Shown here: positions 21,989-29,950 of the stretch, one piece after another
Layout: each line of letters starts with the position of its first letter
How positions within the stretch are numbered: the stretch's first letter is position 1
NCBI GenBank assembly: GCA_964446095.1
Contig: CAYUNB010000001.1
Coordinates: 1 to 36,773, forward strand
DNA: 36,773 nt
From: an uncultured Candidatus Saccharibacteria bacterium
GTDB taxonomy: Bacteria > Patescibacteriota > Minisyncoccia > Phycocordibacterales > UBA12445
Reading direction: 5' to 3'
Notes under the pieces: model-generated
What the model saw: only the letters and a program-made list of their open reading frames with translations
The model's database searches: none
What the model was told of the DNA's origin: nothing
Position numbers and translations under genes: made by a program

Positions 21989-22285
21989 CTACTTATCCGC
22001 AGCAACAGGAATCCTGTCTCGCCAAGTATCATATTTGGCATAGAGGAAAATTCCCAGGAAAACGAGGCCGGCTAGAGCGGCAAGAGGACCGAGGCTTATA
22101 GCTATCTGATTGAACTCCGGGTCGCGGAGATTCTCCGAGATATCAGACCAACGCTTGCCATTATCGGCGTGGATGAACACCGTCAGATACAAGAGCGCCA
22201 GACCGAAGATACCAGAGAAAAGCCAGAGCAAGCCTAGCCCAAGAAGAGATCCGAGAACGCACTCGAGGACGTACAACTTTAACAC
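21989..22285 (-). CDS. Small hypothetical membrane protein (about 3 TM)
   Basis: The hydrophobic segments are VLGSLLGLGLLWLFSGIFGLALLYL and LGPLAALAGLVFLGIFLY. AGGAGG lies upstream. The start is ambiguous (GTG 22285 or TTG 22276). Confidence 0.5.
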   Translation of the reverse strand: MLKLYVLECVLGSLLGLGLLWLFSGIFGLALLYLTVFIHADNGKRWSDISENLRDPEFNQIAISLGPLAALAGLVFLGIFLYAKYDTWRDRIPVAADK

Positions 22286-22363
22286 CTCCTTCTTAATCTA
22301 TGATAAAGAGTAAAGGGTCAGTACCTGATATAAATGGTAGCCTTTTTATTTAAAAGTGTAAAT

Positions 22364-22389
22364 TAAAAAAACTCCGCCGGTTAGCGGAG
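22364..22389 (-). terminator. Intrinsic terminator
   Basis: CTCCGC (22372-22377) pairs with GCGGAG (22384-22389). On the minus strand it is followed by TTTTTTTAATTT. Confidence 0.7.
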
Positions 22390-22403
22390 AGGTTAGCAGT
22401 GGA

Positions 22404-22706
22404 CTACTGCGCCGGTTGACTCGGAAAGCTCGGCGGATTCTTGCGAAGTTCATCTGCCCGCCTACTGAAGTAGACCGCCATGCCGAAATAGTAGAAGACA
22501 TAGACCAAGGTGAAGAGGCCATACAACACTCCATGAGAGACAACTTCCCTCTTCGGCACCTCCTCCCAGCCGTAAGGAGTATGCCCGCTTAGCTTGATGG
22601 CCACCCAGGCCAACAGGAGAGCGGCAGCTCCAAGCAGGAACCAGAGACCAACTCCAGAGAGGCCGACAAACACTGTCCAGCCAAGAAGATTGATGAGTGA
22701 GTTCAT
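22404..22706 (-). CDS. Small hypothetical membrane protein (3 TM)
   Basis: GAAGGAGG lies 6 nt upstream of the ATG. The hydrophobic segments are LLGWTVFVGLSGVGLWFLLGAAALLLAWVAI and VLYGLFTLVYVFYYFGMAVYF. Confidence 0.6.
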   Translation of the reverse strand: MNSLINLLGWTVFVGLSGVGLWFLLGAAALLLAWVAIKLSGHTPYGWEEVPKREVVSHGVLYGLFTLVYVFYYFGMAVYFSRRADELRKNPPSFPSQPAQ

Positions 22707-22827
22707 CTACTACCTCCTTCAAAGTTCGATATCACTAAAAATCAGATTACAACTCTTATACATTTTTGTAAATCTCATGAGGTGATAGAATGAAGCAAGA
22801 GTACAAATACAAAAGGAGGTTTGAAAA

Positions 22828-23220
22828 GTGAACGAAGCGAATACGAAATATCTCTTCGAAAATTTCAGTTTCTTCCATCCGGAGAAACCCCTGACAGAGT
22901 CTCTCATGGCCTTCGGCTTCGACTGCGGGGACGGCTGGTTCGAGATCGTGAATAAGCTCTGCGAGGATCTCCAAGCGCTCAAGATGCCGGATTTCGAAGT
23001 GATTAGCGTCAAGGAGAAGTCGGGCACACTCCGGATCTCCGCCAGGAATATTCCCGCAGAGTATAATAACAGCGTCAGCTATCTTATCCAGGAAGCGGAG
23101 AAGAGGAGCGAGAGTACGTGCGAAGTCTGCGGCAAGCCGGGCACGCTCCGACGCCACTATCGCCTGCCCCACATCGCCTTCGTCATCTGCGATGACTGCT
23201 CGAGTTATGGAAAATATTAA
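22828..23220 (+). CDS. Hypothetical protein with a C-terminal CxxC..CxxC zinc ribbon; resembles a phage/plasmid-associated family
   Basis: AAAGGAGG lies 8 nt upstream of GTG 22828. FDCGDGWFEIVNKLCEDL..VKEKSGTLRISA..EAEKRSESTCEVCGKPG..ICDDC matches, from memory, a widespread phage-borne pattern (GDGW..L / KEKFGTLR / CE.CG). A strong terminator follows. Confidence 0.6.
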   Translation: MNEANTKYLFENFSFFHPEKPLTESLMAFGFDCGDGWFEIVNKLCEDLQALKMPDFEVISVKEKSGTLRISARNIPAEYNNSVSYLIQEAEKRSESTCEVCGKPGTLRRHYRLPHIAFVICDDCSSYGKY

Positions 23221-23231
23221 AAATGCCCATA

Positions 23232-23266
23232 GAAAAAGCCCCGCTAAGCGGGGCACTTTTTATTTT
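23232..23266. terminator. Bidirectional intrinsic terminator
   Basis: GCCCCGC (23238-23244) pairs with GCGGGGC (23248-23254). An A-run lies before it and TTTTTATTTTT after it. Confidence 0.8.
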
Positions 23267-23631
23267 TCTTTCTTCACAAGCTCGGCGCGGAGATCTTTAC
23301 CATTGGAACCCTCCAGAAGCCGGGCATGGAAGAATAGTTTGCCCCATTCATCGGCATCCCAGCCTTTCTGGATCCACTCGACCATATAGCCGAGAGAAAA
23401 CGGGAGAAGACTGTCTTTGACCATACCAGACATCTCATTGAAGTCATATTCAATCACGCCGTCGAAGAGTACTTCACCCTCCTGACCATATACCTTCAGA
23501 TGATCACCTGCATCAACAGAGTGTAAATTGCCATTGCTTTGCGGAGTCCTCTCTTCATAGAAGACCCAACCGGTAATGCCCTCCGAACCCATCTCGCAGT
23601 AGTCGCTGATGAAGCCCTTCAGCACTTCCAT
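23260..23631 (-). CDS. Hypothetical protein
   Basis: CAGGAGG lies 8 nt upstream of ATG 23631 (MEVLKGFISDY..). The track ORF starts at GTG 23652, inside or before the Shine-Dalgarno site. Confidence 0.55.
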   Translation of the reverse strand: MEVLKGFISDYCEMGSEGITGWVFYEERTPQSNGNLHSVDAGDHLKVYGQEGEVLFDGVIEYDFNEMSGMVKDSLLPFSLGYMVEWIQKGWDADEWGKLFFHARLLEGSNGKDLRAELVKKEK

Positions 23632-23687
23632 TGGGAACACCTCCTGTCTCACGCCACTCTACCTCTCCGATCAATGAAAATCAATAA

Positions 23688-23717
23688 TAAAAAATCCCCG
23701 CCGGTTAGGGCGGAGAT
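23688..23717 (-). terminator. Intrinsic terminator
   Basis: ATCCCCGCC (23694-23702) pairs with GGCGGAGAT (23709-23717), with one mismatch. On the minus strand a run of six U follows. Confidence 0.65.
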
Positions 23718-23733
23718 TCTACTATGATATTAA

Positions 23734-24021
23734 CTAATGTCTGGAAGGAACGAACTGGAACTCGGTCATGATGGTGATCTTCGCTTCGAACATCTTGGAG
23801 AAGATGTCCTTGGCGGCGATGTCGGCCTCCTGCCTGTTCGGCGCCCTGACCTCGAAGTACTGCGGGTCATCGAAGGGGTAACGCTGATACTTGTAGCGAT
23901 AGAGGTACGGGTCCTGACGATCTGAATCACGGAAGATCGAATAGATGGGAGAGAACAGAGCATAGGCCGTGAAGGTCACAGCCAGCACACGAACAAGCCA
24001 CCAGATGATGGTCGCGATCAT
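23734..24021 (-). CDS. Small N-terminally anchored membrane protein (third gene of the paralog operon)
   Basis: The N-terminal TM segment is IATIIWWLVRVLAVTFTAYALF, followed by a charged soluble tail. It starts 22 nt after the stop of the upstream gene. Confidence 0.55.
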   Translation of the reverse strand: MIATIIWWLVRVLAVTFTAYALFSPIYSIFRDSDRQDPYLYRYKYQRYPFDDPQYFEVRAPNRQEADIAAKDIFSKMFEAKITIMTEFQFVPSRH

Positions 24022-24042
24022 CTCTAAGCACCGCCTTTCTTG

Positions 24043-24699
24043 TCAGAGCATGGAGTCGTTCACGAGATCAGGGAGCTTAGTACCGGCGGGCGAATTGAAC
24101 CAGAGCTCGTTGACCGACACGAAGTCGAGCCAGGAGCCCCAGTCGCGGTTCTGAACGCGCCGATAGTATTGCGTCTTCAGCTTGGATAGCATATCCCTCC
24201 TGAAGCCGTAGTAGGAAAGCACCCTCTCGTCGACCTGATTGAGAACACTTAAGCCGAAATTATGCATCACCAGGGCGGGCAGGTACGAAGGCTTCTCGGG
24301 GCTGACCTCCATACAGAAGCTGAAGCTAGGAATCGGCCTCGCGTTGTGCCACCAGTGGAGATACTCGAGGATCGGCCGGAGCTTATCCCGACCGCTCACG
24401 TATGTGTAGGTCGAAGACTTGAGCGGCCGGCCACCGAAAGTTGCAGACCGCGGACCGCTGTAGATCTTCGTGATCTTGATACAATGTTCACTGACAACAT
24501 CCAGACTATACTCCCTAAATTCCAGATTATGCTGGATCTTCTCGAAGGTATCGAGCACAGAGACACGACCAGATCTTACCTCCGTCTGCTTACCATCAGC
24601 AAAGGTGTTCACGATGTCGCAAGACACCGTCTGCGTGTGGAACATCTTCTCGACAGCTTCCTGCACCTTCTGCTCGAGCTCGGTCTCTATTTCACTCAC
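24043..24699 (-). CDS. Hypothetical protein, paralog B (HWWH-motif family)
   Basis: The start is set at GTG 24699 (VSEIETELEQ) because AAGGAGGG lies 7 nt upstream and GTGA overlaps the upstream stop. It shares ILEYLHWWHNARPIPSF, SYLPALVMHN and RVLSYYGF with paralog A. Confidence 0.6.
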   Translation of the reverse strand: MSEIETELEQKVQEAVEKMFHTQTVSCDIVNTFADGKQTEVRSGRVSVLDTFEKIQHNLEFREYSLDVVSEHCIKITKIYSGPRSATFGGRPLKSSTYTYVSGRDKLRPILEYLHWWHNARPIPSFSFCMEVSPEKPSYLPALVMHNFGLSVLNQVDERVLSYYGFRRDMLSKLKTQYYRRVQNRDWGSWLDFVSVNELWFNSPAGTKLPDLVNDSML

Positions 24700-25280
24700 A
24701 GCTTGCCCTCCTTTTTCAATCTTTTGACGAGTGCCTTGATCTCCGACTGGAGGCCTAGCGAGCATCGGCCGATATCAGCCTTGCCGAAGCCATAGAAGTC
24801 GAGCACCTTCTTGTCGGCCTCATTGGGCCAGCCATCGAGGGGTGCCGAATTAAGAACAAGCGAAGGAAGGAGAGAAGCCTTCGTACGATCAGGTTCCACT
24901 ACGGTATTGAAACGAGGCACAGGCGAAGACTGATGCCACCAGTGAATATATTCAATGACCAACCCAATCAGGGCCGGATCTCCTTGCCAGCTATGGACAG
25001 TTCGCCGGAGGCGCAAGCCGTCAGGCTGCGGGTCCATGGACTTATAGGTGACAGTCATCACGATCTTGCTGGCACTGACCATATCGAGACGGAAGTCGCC
25101 TCTGCCAAGATGGAAGCGAACCATCTTGAAGACGAAGTCCAGGCTTTCGTCAGAATGTTCCTTCCGCTTTTCGGAGCGGTCGTCGAAGTAAGAGATGTAT
25201 ACGGCCGAAACTGTCGGCCAGAAGAACATCTTCTTAACCCGAGCCGTCAACTCTTTCAATATCTTTTCGCCGTCCGACAT
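24696..25280 (-). CDS. Hypothetical protein, paralog A (HWWH-motif family)
   Basis: VIEYIHWWHQSSPVPRF, SLLPSLVLNS and KVLDFYGF align with paralog B. It is the first gene after the promoter at 25337-25365. Confidence 0.6.
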   Translation of the reverse strand: MSDGEKILKELTARVKKMFFWPTVSAVYISYFDDRSEKRKEHSDESLDFVFKMVRFHLGRGDFRLDMVSASKIVMTVTYKSMDPQPDGLRLRRTVHSWQGDPALIGLVIEYIHWWHQSSPVPRFNTVVEPDRTKASLLPSLVLNSAPLDGWPNEADKKVLDFYGFGKADIGRCSLGLQSEIKALVKRLKKEGKL

Positions 25281-25336
25281 TTCACCCTACTTTCAATGTC
25301 CTCGTTCGTGGCCATGACTGTATTTTTCTGTTTTCA

Positions 25337-25365
25337 ATTTTAACATATTAAATATATAAAGTCAA
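25337..25365 (-). promoter_or_regulatory. Sigma-70-like promoter of the paralog operon
   Basis: On the minus strand: TTGACT (25365-25360), 17 nt, TAAAAT (25342-25337). Confidence 0.5.
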
Positions 25366-25369
25366 TATA

Positions 25370-25394
25370 ATAAAAATCCCGCCGAGTGGCGGGG
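25370..25394 (-). terminator. Intrinsic terminator
   Basis: CCCGCC (25378-25383) pairs with GGCGGG (25388-25393). On the minus strand it is followed by ATTTTTATTAT. Confidence 0.7.
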
Positions 25395-25411
25395 TTAGAT
25401 TTGGTAGGCAT

Positions 25412-25861
25412 CTACTTCCGGGTGCTCTTATCGTTCTTCATAAAGTCCTCGACATCTCTGCGAACCTCTTTCTCGACCTTCGCCAGTTCGGCGGCGAACT
25501 CAGGAGCGAAGGCATGAGGATAGACGTGCTTACGCAGGTCGAGCATGATGAAGGGTTCAGCCGCAGCTATCCTGTCGCAATCATCAAGCCAGATACGCAA
25601 ACCGTCGGCATAATGACGAAGCGGCTTGCCGTCGGGACCAGCGCCTCGACGCAGATCCATGAAGGCCAGTGCTACAGCCATCAAGAACTCCTCGGCTATC
25701 ATCGTCTCCCCCTTAAGCGTACCGGCAAGATACTTCAAGAATCCGTAGGTATAGTTGCGGCCTGCTAGATCGATCTTAGCAGAGGCACCGTAGAAGGACT
25801 TCAGCTTCTGCCGGACGTCTTCGACGTTGACCCTAAGCAATGACTTATCTTCAGACGCCAC
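25412..25861 (-). CDS. Hypothetical protein
   Basis: GAGGAGG lies 10 nt upstream of GTG 25861. The track start, GTG 25870, abuts the Shine-Dalgarno site. I recognise no family. Confidence 0.5.
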   Translation of the reverse strand: MASEDKSLLRVNVEDVRQKLKSFYGASAKIDLAGRNYTYGFLKYLAGTLKGETMIAEEFLMAVALAFMDLRRGAGPDGKPLRHYADGLRIWLDDCDRIAAAEPFIMLDLRKHVYPHAFAPEFAAELAKVEKEVRRDVEDFMKNDKSTRK

Positions 25862-25903
25862 TGAGACCACACCTCCTCAAATCAAGGAACAAAACCAAGC
25901 CGA

Positions 25904-25932
25904 ACATTAACATACGAAATGTATTTTGGCAA
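25904..25932 (-). promoter_or_regulatory. Sigma-70-like promoter for 25412..25861
   Basis: On the minus strand: TTGCCA (25932-25927), 17 nt, TAATGT (25909-25904). Confidence 0.4.
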
Positions 25933-25947
25933 TACCGTCACTCTACC

Positions 25948-28900
25948 CTACCACAGATTCGCCGGGCTCTTGTTGTTTGTGTTCCCGAAGAAGTTTACAT
26001 TCGAGGCCTTCACGACTTGGCTTGGTGATGAAGCGCTGACACCGAGATTGTTGTTAGAGAAGACGACGTTATCAAGATAGATCGGCGTGCTACCATAGCT
26101 CGCGCCAGTACGAGCACCGGCGATGGTAGCACCCGTGATGTGCGAAGAGGCGCCTGTGCCGAATACTATACCCATCCAATCCCCAGAGCGAAGCGGCGTG
26201 TAAGTGGAAGTGAAGACGACTCCTGTCGAAGTCGAAGTATCGATATTCAGATTGCCATAGACGCTCAAGAAAGAAGCAGCCGGGCCAAACGAACCCTTTA
26301 TAGTTGTTCCCTCTTTTATATCTAGGCCTGAGCCAGGCGGCACGGTAACGTTACCGTAGAGATAGTATGGTATCGGATTGCTGTAAAGAGTCGTGGTGCC
26401 GCCGGCAGAAGAGACGCTGCCATACAGATATATGAACTCCGAATCGGAAGCACTATTGCCGCTAACCACCCCAGCTGGACCGGACACATAAACTGCCGAA
26501 TAAGTGGTGCTTGAAAAAATATTATTAGTTACGGTCGAGCTGGCGGCGCTAACACCGACGCCTGTATCATTGAGCACGAAGGTATTATTAGAGACGAGCG
26601 GGCTGCCCTGAAAAATATTTATACCTGTCGAATAGGCATTGCCGCTATTGCTGACGAAACTATTCCCGGAGACTGTCGAACTCGCGTGGTCGAGAGATAG
26701 GCCGTACGCCTTTGAAAATTCGAACTTCGAGTTAGTAACGGGCGTATTATTCTGACCGACATAAAGCATCGCCTTCTTATAGCTCGCATCAGGACCATAG
26801 TCTCCGCCATATCTGAAGATGGTATGGTCAAAAGAAGATGACGCGCTTTTAGCATAGAGTTCAACCCCGAACCAGTCACCCTTAACGGGCGTGAGACTCT
26901 TGCCATCGAGATTACCGCCATAAGTATCATCATTTAAGGCTGTGAAAATAATCGGATCGTCGAGAGTTCCATTCGCCACGACATTACCATCAGCTACCAG
27001 TGATGAGCGGTTTAAAAATTTAGTCACGACGCCCGGCTCGAAAGTGAGAGTTGCGCCTTGCGAAACATGCTGCTGGCCATAGACAACATATGGGCTAGTG
27101 CTCTTCTTAAGAGTTAGATCAGAAGAGATAGTAGCACCTCGGTTAATGAGGTAGTTGAGGCCATTCCTGGCGCGGGGCGTACCGTAAATAGTATTACCAT
27201 TCGTATCAAGGCCGTTGTAAACGATACCGTTATTGTATGACCAGTTCGAAAGGCTGGTACCCGGCAAGTCAGGATCGTAGCGCTCCGTCGTCCTCTGAAT
27301 CGCGCCGCACCAGTTATTGCAAAGGGGCAATTCATCGATGGTAGTGGAAGCATAAGAAAGAATTAAATCTTCACCACGGTCAGATAGGCCGGCACCAAAG
27401 TCTGTCCAGAGATCAGCAGGGATATTCTTAACTGGACTCTGCGATAGCTCATCCGTCTCGCCCGGATTCTTAGCTTCAATAAGGAAATAATCATACGCAG
27501 GTATCGTACCAGAAAGATTTATGTAAGGGCTGTTGTCCGTCTTAGAGTAGAGAGTGAATCCGCTCAAATCGATGCTGGCCGAAGAACGATTGTATAGTTC
27601 GATCCATTCATCTTCAGCGTGAGCGACTGTACCGCCCCAGGCCACTTCGTTGATTACAACCGGCCGGCTTGCAACCAGGACAGATGGCTCAAGCGGAGCC
27701 GGTACTGGCAGAGACGAAGTTGCAGCAGAGCCACCAGACGAATTAGTAGAAGTGGCTGTTGTGGTAGAAATTTCTACAATTTGAGTCAGATCGTTGTAGG
27801 TGGTTGAGGCTGAGCTGTCATCTGAAGCAGTTGGAGAGTTGTCATTGGCAATATCCGCGACTGCTGACCTAGTAGGATCTCCGCCGCCGATTACGCTTGG
27901 GATCTCGTGAGACTCGGGTATAGGAGTAGCTTCATATACAAGCGGTACGGCTATATATACGTGAGATATTCCGACTGAATCGCCTGCAATCGAATCTGCA
28001 CTTGTCTCTAGGTCAGCAACAGGAGAAGAACTACTGGCGATATCTTGGGAAAATATTAAAGAAGAGGTCGTAGTCGCGGAGTTGTTTATAACTACCGCCG
28101 CTAATATGGGTACAGAAGTTGTCGGGGCGATTGCTAAAGATACTGATGTTTCAGAAGTAGCTACACTGGCCGAGGACGAAACTGGCGTTAATTTAGAAGA
28201 AAAGATATTTATTTGAGGATCCGAGTCGGCAACCTTAGCGGCAAGCGAGGGCGTAGCCGCGGCGATCTGGCTCGCCTTAGGCAGAGATGCCGCAGCCGTA
28301 TTGAAGCTGGATACAGCTGAGGCAAGACCAGAAGCGGCCTGATTGGCCAGAGTATTAACCGCGGAAGCCACAGCGGAAGCTGTTTTATAACCAGCATAAG
28401 CTGTGCTCGTAATCATATCTGCACCAAGATTTGCTACTGGATCAGCGGCAGCGAGAGTTAACCCCTCAATCTTATGAACTAGAGTCAGCTTAGGCGGGTC
28501 AATACAAGGCAGAGATTGATCGGCCAGAGGGTCAACTTTAAGCTTATCTAACGAGGCCTCGATTCCCGATACGATCTCCGCACCGCGGTACTTGAGGTAG
28601 ACATCAGAGAAGCTGTGCCCAAGCGGATCGTCACCAGAAGCCAGCTTAATGCTCGTATTCGGCCTCATTATATTTCGGCCTGGTGTCTTGGCTACGAGCC
28701 CAGCGATAACCTTATCAGTATCTGAAGTGATCCACTTACCATCACCCGCCACTCGACTAGCTGGAGTAGCCACAGCATAAATGCCGATTGACTCGGCCGG
28801 CACACCGCCCGTCTTACCGACGACAGTGTCGTAGAAACTGTTGGCATAGAAGTTGCCTTGCGAGTGAGCCACGAGTAGGAGCTTGCGAGTATTTACTTTG

Positions 28901-29238
28901 TCACTCGCCGAGCGAAGCATCTCGACCAAATCGTAATCGCTCACGGTCTCGTCTTCGAAATATTTCTGGTAAGCCGCAGTAGCAAGGTCGCCGAGGCCAG
29001 CGAGATGAGAGGGGTTGAGAAGGTATTGATAATTAATTTTTTGACCCCTATAAAATTGAGGAGAAATTTGAAGCAGCGCCAACAAATTATTTTGTGCCCC
29101 ATTCTCATCATTAAAAATCCCATTTATAGTTACGACAGTGTAGCCGTCAGAGGAACATCTAACAGTATTTCCTTGAGCAAAGGAGAAAAATGGTGCGACA
29201 AATAGAGCCACTAAAATAATATAGTTTCCTCTTCTCAT
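25948..29238 (-). CDS. Large secreted multidomain protein: lipase-like alpha/beta-hydrolase N-domain, Ser/Ala/Thr-rich linker, lamin-tail domain, parallel beta-helix repeats
   Basis: The signal peptide is MRRGNYIILVALFVAPFFSFAQG. A nucleophile-elbow-like LLLVAHSQGNFY lies at about 28858-28880. A long low-complexity S/A/T region follows. The LTD signature is VVINEVAWGG..EDEWIELYN..IDLSGFTL (about 27250-27665). The C-terminal part has repeated SGNSF/NNTF/TNNIF beta-helix-type repeats. Confidence 0.85.
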   Translation of the reverse strand: MRRGNYIILVALFVAPFFSFAQGNTVRCSSDGYTVVTINGIFNDENGAQNNLLALLQISPQFYRGQKINYQYLLNPSHLAGLGDLATAAYQKYFEDETVSDYDLVEMLRSASDKVNTRKLLLVAHSQGNFYANSFYDTVVGKTGGVPAESIGIYAVATPASRVAGDGKWITSDTDKVIAGLVAKTPGRNIMRPNTSIKLASGDDPLGHSFSDVYLKYRGAEIVSGIEASLDKLKVDPLADQSLPCIDPPKLTLVHKIEGLTLAAADPVANLGADMITSTAYAGYKTASAVASAVNTLANQAASGLASAVSSFNTAAASLPKASQIAAATPSLAAKVADSDPQINIFSSKLTPVSSSASVATSETSVSLAIAPTTSVPILAAVVINNSATTTSSLIFSQDIASSSSPVADLETSADSIAGDSVGISHVYIAVPLVYEATPIPESHEIPSVIGGGDPTRSAVADIANDNSPTASDDSSASTTYNDLTQIVEISTTTATSTNSSGGSAATSSLPVPAPLEPSVLVASRPVVINEVAWGGTVAHAEDEWIELYNRSSASIDLSGFTLYSKTDNSPYINLSGTIPAYDYFLIEAKNPGETDELSQSPVKNIPADLWTDFGAGLSDRGEDLILSYASTTIDELPLCNNWCGAIQRTTERYDPDLPGTSLSNWSYNNGIVYNGLDTNGNTIYGTPRARNGLNYLINRGATISSDLTLKKSTSPYVVYGQQHVSQGATLTFEPGVVTKFLNRSSLVADGNVVANGTLDDPIIFTALNDDTYGGNLDGKSLTPVKGDWFGVELYAKSASSSFDHTIFRYGGDYGPDASYKKAMLYVGQNNTPVTNSKFEFSKAYGLSLDHASSTVSGNSFVSNSGNAYSTGINIFQGSPLVSNNTFVLNDTGVGVSAASSTVTNNIFSSTTYSAVYVSGPAGVVSGNSASDSEFIYLYGSVSSAGGTTTLYSNPIPYYLYGNVTVPPGSGLDIKEGTTIKGSFGPAASFLSVYGNLNIDTSTSTGVVFTSTYTPLRSGDWMGIVFGTGASSHITGATIAGARTGASYGSTPIYLDNVVFSNNNLGVSASSPSQVVKASNVNFFGNTNNKSPANLW

Positions 29239-29247
29239 ATTTAGTCT

Positions 29248-29841
29248 TTAATTTGGTAGAGCAGAAATATCCAGATCGCAAGATTCTCTTGGCACATCAT
29301 GAGCTCCTAACTGTTCATAAAAAGCATTTTGCGCCTTCCTTCTTAAATCGTTGTTTAACTCCTTGTCTTCAACAAAGGAACTAAGGTCTCTAGTACCTTG
29401 AACATAATTTTGTAAATTATTTCTAGGTAAAAGACTTCCTATACAAATAGAAGATCGTTCTCCAGCCTGAGCCACCGCTGTAACTGTCTGTGTATTCACA
29501 ACCGGCTGTGTCATCTCCATCTGCAAAGCCAGCGCATACTGTAGCAACACCGCCCGTGTCTTAGCCGAATTTGGATAGGCGTTAAAGATCGCCAACTCTA
29601 CATCATCCCTGATGCCATTCTTGTTAGCATCAACTCCTTCTATAGTCTTATCTGCTTCGGCACCAGGATCAGGAGGCAAGTTCTTACCCATTACATCATC
29701 GAGAGTAAGTTTAGTAGCATTGATCTTAGCAACCTGCTCGTCAGTTTTCTTCTGGTCAATGAAGTGGAATATGCGGACTACGACAAGTAAGAGATAGAGA
29801 GTAGCGATAATCCCAACTGTCCACCAAAAGTACTTTTTCAT
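29248..29841 (-). CDS. N-terminally anchored hypothetical protein, co-oriented 9 nt upstream of the large surface protein
   Basis: The TM segment is FWWTVGIIATLYLLLVVV. It has an EF-hand/dockerin-like loop, DANKNGIRDDVE. Confidence 0.55.
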   Translation of the reverse strand: MKKYFWWTVGIIATLYLLLVVVRIFHFIDQKKTDEQVAKINATKLTLDDVMGKNLPPDPGAEADKTIEGVDANKNGIRDDVELAIFNAYPNSAKTRAVLLQYALALQMEMTQPVVNTQTVTAVAQAGERSSICIGSLLPRNNLQNYVQGTRDLSSFVEDKELNNDLRRKAQNAFYEQLGAHDVPRESCDLDISALPN

Positions 29842-29910
29842 AAGCGGACTATATCACCTGCAAAATAATAATAGAAGTTGACTGGCATTATTTAATTAAT
29901 TATAACAGAC

Positions 29911-29938
29911 AAATTTAAAACCCCGCCGAGCGGGGTTT
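29911..29938 (-). terminator. Intrinsic terminator
   Basis: AAACCCCG (29918-29925) pairs with CGGGGTTT (29931-29938). On the minus strand a T-rich tail follows. Confidence 0.65.
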
Positions 29939-29950
29939 AGTTAATCTATA

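Noticed and set aside
22756-23256. A 166-aa minus-strand ORF antisense to 22828..23220.
   Set aside because: It has no ribosome-binding site and spans the bidirectional terminator. The plus-strand frame has the Shine-Dalgarno site and the recognisable motifs.
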